From: Macrostomum lignano
Lineage: Eukaryota
Length of the DNA: 51,772 nt
Direction of reading: 5' to 3'
Assembly: GCA_002269645.1 (NCBI GenBank)
Contig: NIVC01003795.1
Coordinates: 1 to 51,772, forward strand
Position numbers and translations under genes: made by a program. The first letter of the stretch is position 1. The number at the start of each line of letters is the position of its first letter. This document shows, one piece after another, positions 21,587-33,500 of the stretch. The notes under the pieces are model-generated. The model did not search any database, was not told where the DNA came from, and saw only the letters and a program-made list of their open reading frames with translations.

Positions 21587-24500
21587 ATGGATTGCACTGG
21601 CTGCAAAAATAAATTCCATTTTCCTGGTAAGTTGCACTTTCTGTGACACAAGGCCTATATATTATGAAAGTACTACTGCCCTTATATCAGTGGCATTACA
21701 TTAGCCTTAGGCAACATATATAGGAATATGCCGTCGCCCATAGCCATAGGACCTAAGCTGCAGGCACTTCCTTAGGCCTACTTAAAGTTAAATTATCTTT
21801 ATAATGTACAATGAGATGGAATAAATTTTTAGAAGTATTTATAGTGTTTAATCTTTTTATTAATAAATAGGCCTAAAAAACTGCAAGTTTGATTAAAAAG
21901 TAGTTAGGCCTATGTACATGTTTTTTGGCAAGTAGGCCTATGCTGAAAAGTTGTATATCATAGACACAGGCCTATGCATTAATGACCTCGGTATGCATTA
22001 GGATTATGCCAATTATATGCTAAGTTAAGTAATGTTTCGCCATAGCCGTAGCTTAAAATATGGTAAAATAGGTGCCTATGGCAGCTACAGATACGCCTAC
22101 GGTAGCTAGCTGCTCTTATGGCTACGAGTATGGAAATATAGTAGTTGCTATCATATTCTGTAGATTCCCGTAGCTATAGTTATTAATGTTAAAAATTGAA
22201 AAAATATTAGAAACAGGTAGAGTAAAACAAAGATACTTTTAGTAAAATGTATTATCAACCTAGAAACTTATAAAATATACCTAAAAAAGTATAATAAAAC
22301 ACTAGTAAATTCTAATTTTTATTAATGTGAAAAACTCTAGCATTAGTACTTTCAATAACAATTAAGTATTGTTGCTCTAAAAAAGACGCAATATATTCTT
22401 ACAAAGACAAGTGTTTCTTTTATTTTCTAATTTAATTTGCAGTTGTTTAAGCACTAGGTTATCTTCTTGATTTAAAATACTTTGTTTTTTAGACTTTTTG
22501 TAAAAACTAAAGCTATGGCTACGGGAACTATGGGAATATGGTAATTTCGGGGTCCTTACGGCTACGGAATACGGAGAATTGGAGTAAGCCATAGTTTTGC
22601 TTACGGCTACAGCTATGGTATGGTATATGGACCCTCCTTACAGTAGAACACTAATGCTAAGCAGTGATAGACTAATAGGACTGCTAAATTTTTAGTACCA
22701 ATAATTAGTATTGTCACTAATCAATTAAAGAAAAAATTATCAATTGCTAATAGCAAGCACTCTTTCTACTTTGAAATGTAGTACAATTAGTGCTACTAAT
22801 TTTTAAATGCACTAAAAGACAATTTTTGATGAATAATATATAATATCAATAATAACATTAAAGACTAACACATGTAATAAAACATTAGGTGGTAGGCCTA
22901 GTAAATTGTAAATTTGGTTTCAATTTTAAATGTTATAATGCCTATTTCCTTGCAAAAGAATTAATATTTATAATTAATTTCTTTTTGCCATTGGTATTGA
23001 TTTTGAAGTAATAAACTTTTATATGCGCAACAGTTGGAAGAGTCAGCTGATCTGGCTGACCAATTTGGCAGCCAACCAAGGTAAAAATTCCCATCCAAAA
23101 AATATTGAAGTAGTACTAAGTAGATTATGAGGCATTTTGCCATAATAAGACAGTCATAGTTACTCCTGCCATTTATCCAAATGTTGCATTTTTGGCCAAA
23201 AACTATGTTGAATTTTTGTTAAAACAAAGTTGCACAGCTGACCAAATTTTGGAGATTGCACATGAATGAATAAACTACTTAAAAAGCTAATTATAAAAAT
23301 AAGATTAATTAAAATTCTCTTTGCCTATGAATAACAAAATGCAAAAAATAATATTCAATTTTTTTATATTTAAGAAAATTAAAAACTTACTTATGGTTAT
23401 ATAATTATTAACTTATTTCTCAAGTCAGGTCTCATTTTAATTTTTAGCATAGTCATTAACCCTATAGTTTTGTAGCAAAAAATAAATATATAGCACAATC
23501 AACAATTTCAGAAAATATTAATAACACTTTGATAATAAAATTATTAGTAGAATTAGAGGCTCTAACAAAATGTTTTCTTAGAAACATGTGCAATTTAGAA
23601 TGGCATAGAAAGTTAAATTTTTGCATATGAGTAAAGAATAGAAAGAGGCCTTCCACATTAATTTATCAAGAAACCATTGCTAGTGATAATGCTATATAAA
23701 AAAATAGAATAAATATGCAATCTAAATAAGGTATTTTTTGTGCTAGGCTGATTCATACATGCGCAACAGTCGGCCGATCCGGCCAACCAATTTGGTGGCC
23801 AACCAAGGAAGTTGCAAAAATGCCCACCCAAAAAAACAACCAAGTAGTAGTACTAAGTAGCTGACGAGGCATTGCGGCTTAATAAGACAGTCATAGTTAC
23901 TCCTGCCGTTTATCTAAAGTTGTGGTAGTTTTGCTTTAGGGTTTTTTTACATGTTAGTCGCATTTTTGGCCAAAAACTACGTCGCATTTTTGTTAAAACT
24001 AAGTCGCACGGCCAACCAAATTTTGGAGGTTGCGCATGTATAGGCTGATTGCTTTATGTAGTAGTAGATAAATATCTATAGGTCAGGCTATAATCAATAA
24101 AAGCTAAAGCCAAAGAGAATGATTATAATATTTTTTTATTAGAGGCAGGGGGGTTGTGTGCACCCTGGCGCACTTTAAGCAACATAGGCACACAACTGGC
24201 AAGAGGCATTACTGCCCATTCTGAGCAGACACATAAGCGCGCAGATACATATGCAGGCACACAATCACACAGGAGTGTACAGCGGCCCTAACTTTATATT
24301 ATCGTTAGGCATATACACTTCACTGTGCCCTGGGGGGTTGGCTCTCAAGGCCATTAATTGCACAAGCAGAGCCAAGCCAAGATTCCAATTCAGCCCCAAA
24401 TTAATATGACTGCACTTGGAATCAAGCCTAGGTTGCTGGCACAACAGAGCAGCTACACTACTGCTGGGCTATGGCCTGCCATGATTATTGACTATAATAT

Positions 24501-27500
24501 AATACAATTGTATTATATCATCTATCTCTCTAATTACTACCAATAAGGAATGAGTTAAATATATAGACCTAGGCTTATGATTATCTATTTAAATATTTAA
24601 AGCTTTGGTTATCTTGGTATGTAGCCATCTTGATTAGGGAATACAAAAGTTTCTAATCTTTGTTGGTGCAATTTGGATTCACAAAGCCATCTAATCTAAT
24701 TTTAAAGGGCTTTCAATAATAAAGTATAACAGAACAAAATATTTTGCAAACAAGAAACTGACAGTGAGCCCTGAATTAGAATGTGATATATGGGCTAGTG
24801 TATTAGACATTCTTTTAACATGCCAGTATCAGCTCAGGAAAAGCACACTTGATTGGGATATTACCTAGGGAATGATAGCTTTTTATAGAACTATGGCCCG
24901 AGGTACTAATAACAGGGTAGAGAATCAGACATCACCCTTCCAGGGCACTTGCCCTAGATGGAAAATTGCATGGTAGCTTGGGTTGTAGTCTAATAGCAAG
25001 GTCCCAATGTTCTAATCCCTTCTATGGCCAAGGAGTTTTGATGATGAGACTACTTAAAGTACATGTAGTTCTGCCACCAACCCTATTCTGAACATCTAAA
25101 GGGTGTCCTAATAATGCTAAGAATGAAGTCTTTTGCATAAGGAGAAAGGAGGGCTTCTGATCTGCGCAAGGTTGAGACCCCCTGATTTTAGACCTCCCTT
25201 ATCCATATTTGTATCTGTAACCATAAAAATCCTATAGCTCTGCAACTATGCCCACAACCACTTTTAATTACTTGCAAATAAGTTGCTATATCTACTTTTG
25301 CATTGTGCAACATTCTTAGAGGTTTTTAATTAATTGTTATACTAGGGGATTATCTTTCAGAATGGTTCAATGTGTCAATAGCTTGTCAATGAAAATTAAA
25401 CAATTTCGGTGAATTGCAGCATATATATAGTTGTTCATGCATCAATAAAGAGTCACAATATAAGTTCATATATGAAAATATACATTATGGATAGTCAGCA
25501 GAAGCTAACATGTAGGAAGCCAATAATAAAGCTAGATGCTTATGAGTCCCAAGTATTAGTCTTATAAGCATATTTTGAATGTCAAAGTACAGTATGATGT
25601 ATGTTGACAAGTTGGATTTCAACCAATTAGTACTGTAACCTTCAACTTATAAGCATATTTGTATCACAGAATAGATTTGGGATATTTTTTAACTATTTTA
25701 TCAAAGGATTTGCTACATTTTTATCTATGATGCATATAAATGCACTATAATTTTTGTCTTAGTTGCAAAAACTAGGTTCTTTATAGGATTATGGTAAAAA
25801 TCTGGGAAATTTCTGTTCCCATAATCGTATCCATATCTATAACTTGGAGATCAAAATCAATGTATCTATAAATTTCTGTATCTGTAGCTATGGTGGAACT
25901 CTATCTACTATCAATAATCTTTGATAAAGAAGTAATGAGATCACAAAGTGGAAGTCAACTTTAGGGTATTGTGAGAAAAATTAATCAGTGTTAAAACTTA
26001 TTTTACATATAGTAATAATCATTAATATAACCAAAACCATATGCAGGCATTCTTAGTAGAAATGGTGCCAGGCATATGCGACTGCCTATGGTGCTGACAT
26101 GCGGCCACAATGTCTGCACGGAGTGTGTGCTATCGAGCCTCAGGCAGAAGTCTGACAGTTGGACTTGCCGAGTTGATGGATGCCAGGTACCTATTTAAAT
26201 TAATAAGTATTCTACCTATATGTTTTATAAGCTTGTTAGTCCCTAATTCAATCTATGAGGGGCCAAACCCAAGTGTAGGTATATAGACAGATTACATATG
26301 CCTGAAATTAAGAAAGTCAGTGCTACTCAGTGTAATCTTTGAATAAATTACTTTAAAAGAAAGTTCAACTTGTACTTTTTTCAAACCAGGTCGCCACAAA
26401 GTACAATCAGCCGCTGAACAAGTTGAACACTATTCCAGTTGGTGTACTGCCATTGGATTTGAATCTAATTGGAATGTTTTATAGCGACATGCTTATTAGG
26501 CTAACACAAAAGTCGTAAGTCTGCGTTTGTTTCAATCTGTTCATACTACATGCCAAGTAATTGTAAAATACATTCGCTTTAATCAATTTGTCTCTACTAT
26601 TTCAGTGATGTTAGAAAATCTTCTGGTGACGAGGACAGGGGTGAAGCTAGCAAAGAGTTCACTGTTCCTGGGGCTGGTGAGTTGCTGGTTTTTAAATAAC
26701 AAGTTTAGCGTCTCATATATTGTGTTAGCCAACATAAACTACACCTAAATCAACACTGTTGCTACTTTCTAGGAATTGCCAGAGATCGGTCAGCGTGCTC
26801 AGCTTGCAAGGCTGTGCAATCCAGCGTCAAATGTGCCGAGTGTAACGACAGTTTGTTTTGCCACAGCTGCTTTCGCGAGGTTTGAAATTTGCATTATTGA
26901 TGCCTTTGTGCTTATTTAATAACTGTCTCCATGTCACCATTGGAGTGAGCCAATCTGTCTGACCCAGCTCACTGTCTCCAGAGTGAGCCAATCTGTCTGA
27001 CCCAGCTCACTGTCTCCAGAGTGAGCCAATCTGTCTGACCCAGCTCACTGTCTCCAGAGTGAGCCAATCTGTCTGACCCAGCTCACTGTCTCCAGAGTGA
27101 GCCAATCTGTCTGACCCAGCTCACTGTCTCCAGAGTGAGCCAATCTGTCTGACCCAGCTCACTGTCTCCAGAGTGAGCCAATCTGTCTGACCCAGCTCAC
27201 TGTCTCCAGAGTGAGCCAATCTGTCTGACCCAGCTCACTGTCTCCAGAGTGAGCCAATCTGTCTGACCCAGCTCACTGTCTCCAGAGTGAGCCAATCTGT
27301 CTGACCCAGCTCACTGTCTCCAGAGTGAGCCCATCTGTCTGACCCAGCTCACTGTCTCCAGAGTGAGCCATTCTGTCTGACCCAGCTCACTGTCTCCAGA
27401 GTGAGCCAATCTGTCTGACCCAGCTCACTGTCTCCAGAGTGAGCCATTCTGTCTGACCCAGCTCACTGTCTCCAGAGTGAGCCATTCTGTCTGACCCAGC

Positions 27501-30500
27501 TCACTGTCAATTGTAAACTAATGTCTCTTTACTGGTTAGGACAATCGAACTCAAATATATCTGTGTGCATTACAGTTTCACAATCAGCTCGGATTCAGCC
27601 ACCAGATTGAACCGGCTGTCACCACGCAGTTGCTGAAACCGGCCGAGGATCCCGTCTGCAGCTCCGCCGTCTCGCATTCTTCCGCCGTTCCGGCCAACAT
27701 TTTTTGTGTCACCTGCGCCAGCCTGATCTGCTCAGCCTGTCAGCAATCGTCTGAGCATGCCGACCATTCTACCTGCGAATTTGGACAGGCAAATATGCGA
27801 CTGCTAAGGTGGCTTCTGAGCATCGCCGATTCGCTGGAGAGTCTGGCCAATCGGCTGGTTGAAAGCGAGCAAACACTGCTGAGTGAGACGGCCAGGTAAG
27901 AATATTTATTGTTAATTAATTGTAAGCGGTGTTTTCATCTGGTTTTATTGGTAGGTGATGGCTTGAAATGGGGTGGTGGGTGGCGGCTAGAAATGGGGTG
28001 GTGGGTGGTGGCTTGAAATGGGGTGGCGGCTTGAAGTGGGGTGGTGGGTGGCGGCTTGAAGTGGGGTGGTGGGTGGCGGCTTGAAGTGGGGTGGTGGGTG
28101 GCGGCTTGAAGTGGGGTGGTGGGTGGCGGCTTGAATTGGGGTGGTGGGTGGCGGCTTGAAAAGGGGTGGTGGGTGGCGGCTTGAATTGGGGTGGTGGGTA
28201 GCTTGTATCACATAGGCGTGACAGACTATAATGTCCTAAGTTCTGTAAAAATTGCGATTCACACTGCCTCAACTCCCTAGGCTCGAATCCGAGACCACCA
28301 GCAGTCTGCAGTCGGAGGTTCGCGCGGATTTCTCTATCCTATACGCGCGCCTAATTAGCGCCGAAAATGACGCCGTCTGCCGGCTGCGCCAGTCCGGCGT
28401 GCTCGCCCCGCTAGCGCAGCAGAGCGAACAATTGTTGGCCGAGCTGCGTCGCTGCGCTGACTGGCTTCTGCCGTTATCACTGTCGTTGAAGGCTCTTCGC
28501 TCGGCTGGCAGCGACGCCATCGCTCGCTGGTGCCCGGTGAAACCGTTCGACTATGCCAGGCTGCTGCAGCTGCTGAGCAGCCTCACCAACCAGCCTGTCT
28601 GTGTGCTGCCGCCAAATGTCACTGCAGTTTCATCAGCCGGCGCCTCGGCAGCGGCGTCAATGCCGCAGTTGTGCCGCCGCTCCGACACGCAGCCGTTTGA
28701 TCTGGCGCACTTTAGCATCGCCAGCCCGGCCCGACTCCAAGCCTGCCCGCCAGCCAGCCTGGAGCCGGGCATTGAACACCTGCTAGCCAATTCTCCCGCT
28801 GGTATATTTTGCGACTCGGGCCTGTTGGAGCAGCCGAGTGTGCAACAGGAGTCGTTGTCGAATCCTTTGCCTAAAGCGGCTGTTGTTGCCGAAGAGGCCG
28901 ATTCCGCTGCGCCAACAACAATGCCTGTGCCGCTATCAACCGGCGACGCTGTTATTCCGCTATTCCTATTGTCTCCGCGCGAGATCTGGGTAGCGAGGTA
29001 CGCTGAGCAGGCCTGGCTAAAACGAACTCAACAGTTGTGCAGCCAGGCGGCCAAGTCTCAGTTGGCAGTACAGACTGAAACTGTGCAATCAGGCGATTGG
29101 GTACTCAGCCGGTTCCAGAGCGCCTCAGACTGGTGCCGAGCTATTGTTACTAAGCTAAATATTGAATCAGCTGTGTGCGATGTGTTCTTTCCCGACTATG
29201 GCAATTCAGTCAGCAATAAGCAGATTGCTGAACTGTTGACTATGCCGCCAGCGCTATGCGAGATTCCACCTCTTGCTCATCGGATCAGCCTGAATAACAT
29301 AGCGCCCAGAGTTATGAATAATGGGCCAACTAGTCAGCAACAGCCTGACCAATGGAGTACCGAGGCTGTGTACGAACTGCAGGAGATTCTAGTTAAGAAA
29401 TGCTTCACTGGCGATCTTATAGTTCGAATTGTGTCTCAGCAGCCTGGCGAGACTCTTGTTGATCTACTAATTCGAGTAGTATTGCACGATTGCGATCTGA
29501 GATTTCTGTCCGTACGCGAACTGCTAGTGTTTGCCAATTTGGCCTGCTATGCTATGCCCTATTTGCACAATCGGGAGGCTTCCAACGATTTAGTTGATAC
29601 CGAGGCGCCCAGGCTGTTTTTAAGGTCGTCAAATATTTTCAAGGGTTATCGATTCTTTGGCAGCGTTTCGGCATTCTATTCGCCCGACGAGTTTTACGTG
29701 TTCCGCTGCAACCAGGGCGCCGATATGGACGTGTTTGAGGAGATGCAGCAGGCTCTGCAGGTAAGTCTGCTCTATCGGTTTTCTCAATGCTATGGGTAGC
29801 AAGCCGTTTCTCCTTTGCTTGTTTTAATTTTACTGGGAACAGGAGGCTTTTTGCTGGTGTTTCCCGCTGGTGTGTTTCCCGCTGGTGTGTTTCCCGCTGG
29901 TGTGTTTCCCGCTGGTGTGTTTCCCGCTGGTGTGTTTCCCGCTGGTGTGTGTCCCGCTGGTGTGTTTCCCGCTGGTGTGTGTCCCGCTGGTGTGTGTCCC
30001 GCTGGTGTGTTTCCCGCTGGTGTGTGTCCCGCTGGTGTGTTTCCCGCTGGTGTGTGTCCCGCTGGTGTGTGTCCCGCTGGTGTGTGTCCCGCTGGTGTGT
30101 GTCCCGCTGGTGTGTGTCCCGCTGGTGTGTGTCCCGCTGGTGTGTGTCCCGCTGGTGTGTGTCCCGCTGGTGTGTTTCCCGCTGGTGTGTGTCCCGCTGG
30201 TGTGTGTCCCGCTGGTGTGTTTCCCGCTGGTGTGTGTCCCGCTGGTGTGTGTCCCGCTGGTGTGTGTCCCGCTGGTGTGTGTCCCGCTGGTGTGTGTCCC
30301 GCTGGTGTGTTTCCCGCTGGTGTGTGTCCCGCTGGTGTGTGTCCCGCTGGTGTGTGTCCCGCTGGTGTGTGTCCCGCTGGTGTGTTTCCCGCTGGTGTGT
30401 GTCCCGCTGGTGTGTTTCCCGCTGGTGTGTGTCCCGCTGGTGTGTGTCCCGCTGGTGTGTTTCCCGCTGGTGTGTTTACTGCCAGTGTGTGTCCCGCTGG

Positions 30501-33500
30501 TGTGTGTCCCAGAATAAAAACAGAAAATCTCGCATTACCAATTTTTGTTTTACCTTTGCACGCAGTCGTTTTGCAACGAAGATAAAATTGGCGACTACAC
30601 TGTCCAGCACCCGGTAGCCAACCTGCCTGTTGCGGCCAGGTATTCCGTCGATTGCAACTGGTACCGCGGCGTTATTGAGTCCTACTCGCCTGATGGCATC
30701 TCCGTGCTATTTACCGACTATGGCAACAGAGAGGTGCACAAAGACAATCAGTTTATAAAATATCTTACAAAGCGATTTTATCAGCCTCACTCCATGTGCT
30801 GGCGTTGCTCAATGTACGGCGTGTCTGCCGGCGACCAATCGCCCAGGATGAAGTGAGTATATGCATGCACCCGACAGTGTGAGGCAGGCTGGTTAGGCTG
30901 CTCGCTGTGCCTGTTGATTGGGCTAAATGTGTTGTGGTGGGGCAGCCACCCACCTGTCAGTCATTTATAAAGGTGGGGCAGCCTGCCAGTCAGTATTATA
31001 CAGGTAGGGCAACCTGCCAGTCAGTATTATACAGGTAGGGCAACCTGCCAGTCAGTATTATACAGGTAGGGCAACCTGCCAGTCAGTATTATACAGGTAG
31101 GGCAGCCTGTCAGTCAGTATTATACAGGTAGGGCAGCCTGCCAGTCAGTATTATACAGGTAGGGCAGCCTGTCAGTCAGTATTATACAGGTGGGGCAGCC
31201 TGTCAGTCAGTATTATACAGGTAGGGCAGCCTGCCAGTCAGTATTATACAGGTAGGGCAGCCTGCCAGTCAGTATTATACAGGTAGGGCAACCTGCCAGT
31301 CAGTATTATACAGGTAGGGCAGCCTGCCAGTCAGTATTATACAGGTGGGGCAGCCTGTCAGTCAGTATTATACAGGTAGGGCAGCCTGTCAGTCAGTATT
31401 ATACAGGTGGGGCAGCCTGTCAGTCAGTATTATACAGGTAGGGCAGCCTGTCAGTCAGTATTATACAGGTAGGGCAGCCTGTCAGTCAGTATTATACAGG
31501 TAGGGCAGCCTGCCAGTCAGTATTATACAGGTAGGGCAGCCTGCCAGTCAGTATTATACAGGTAGGGCAGCCTGTCAGTCAGTATTATACAGGTGGGGCA
31601 GCCTGTCAGTCAGTATTATACAGGTAGGGCAGCCTGTCAGTCAGTATTATACAGGTAGGGCAGCCTGCCAGTCAGTATTATACAGGTAGGGCAGCCTGTC
31701 AGTCAGTATTATACAGGTAGGGCAGCCTGCCAGTCAGTATTATACAGGTAGGGCAGCCTGCCATTAAGTAGTGCACAGCTAGTCATTACTTAGCTACATT
31801 CCCATCGCAGGTACCGCCAGAAGCAGCTGAAAGACATGCTGCAACAGTCCCATGTATTCAACTTTCTCTGCATGGATACGCCGAGTACGGTGGACCCGAA
31901 CAGCGACGGCTTGCCCACAGTTCCGGTTGGCGTGTACGAGCTGAACACGCCTGTGTGCCTAAATGTTCGCCTATACGATGAGGGTGTCTACTCGGACATG
32001 CCGGCTGACGCCTTGGCCAGGCTAGTTAAGGAGGCTCCGGTGCCTGTCAGGTCCCGATTTGTCCGTTTAAACGAGAGCACGGGCGAGGTAACGGTGCTGC
32101 CGCGAGCCCAGCCGGCTACCCGAGGCAGTCGCGTCAAAGCCTCGGCCAGAGCGTCGGCAAATTCGACGGCGTCGGATTCGAATGTGTCCGACTCGCGATC
32201 GAGCACGCCAGCAGCCGCGCCGTCAGTGGATGTTGAGCCAATCAGCGAGAACTACCAACTGCTGGAGCCCTGGCTAGCTAAACTAGTCCTCACTGGCAAG
32301 CTGGATCATGCCGCCTGTACAGTCACTAGCATAGTTAATCCCGGCCTGTTCTACATCCGGCCTGAGAATGACATTGGCCGAGCGGCCGCGACTGAGCTCA
32401 ATCATTTATTAGCTAGATTTTCGCCGCGAAACAATAACTCAGCGCCGAGACCGCTGCCACCGGATGCGCCTCCGACCGTACTGGCCTGCGTTCGGAAGCC
32501 TAATCTATTGTGGTACCGCTGTCGGCTGCTTCAGCGATCGTCTACAGCTGACACCTGCACAGTGCTGCTGATTGATAGCGGGTATGTCCACCGTTCACCT
32601 GGGCTTGTAGGGATGCTGGAATTCATTTCACTTAGTCCCTATAGATAGACTATCTGAGCACTCTCAGTCCCTATAGATAGACTATCTGAGCACTCTCAGT
32701 CCCTATAGATAGACTATCTGAGCACTCTCAGTCCCTATAGATAGACTATCTGAGCACTCTCAATCCCTATAGATAGACTATCTGAACAATCTCAATCCCT
32801 ATAGATAGACTATCTGAGCACTCTCAGTCCCTATAGATAGACCAGCTGAGCACTCTCAATCACTATAGATAGACTATCTGAGCACTCTCAGTCCCTATAG
32901 ATAGACTATCTGAGCACTCTCAATCCCTATAGATAGACCAGCTGAGCACTCTCAATCCCTATAGATAGACTATCTGAGCACTCTCAATCCCTATAGATAG
33001 ACCAGCTGAGCACTCTCAATCCCTATAGATAGACTATCTGAGCACTCTCAATCCCTATAGATAGACTATCTGAGCACTCAATCCCTATAGATGGACTATC
33101 TGAGCACTCTCAATCCCTATAGATAGATTATTTGAGCACTCTCAATTCCTGTAGATAGACCAGCTGAGCACTCTCAATCCCTATAGATAGACCAGCTGAG
33201 CACTCTCAATCCCTATAGATAAACCAGCTGAGCACTCTCAATCCCTATAGATAAATTATTTGAGCACTCTCAATTCCTGTAGATAGATTATTTGAGCACT
33301 CAATCCCTATAGATAGACCAGCTGAGCACTCTCAATCCCTATAGATAGACCAGCTGAGCACTCCCAATCCCTATAGATAGACCAGCTGAGCACTCTCAAT
33401 CCCTATAGATAGACCAGCTGAGCACTCTCAGTCCCTATAAATAGACCAGCTGAGCACTCTCAATCCCTATAGATAGACCAGCTGAGCACTCTCAGTCCCT

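Noticed and set aside
24418-24476. Functional tRNA gene
   Set aside because: The B-box is degenerate and no complete cloverleaf forms; it is better explained as a SINE head.
25350-25410. Alternative first exon MVQCVNSLSMKIKQF for the RING gene
   Set aside because: It lacks the CxxC pair. Exon 21587-21626 supplies CTGC, a consensus GTAAGT donor and the correct phase.
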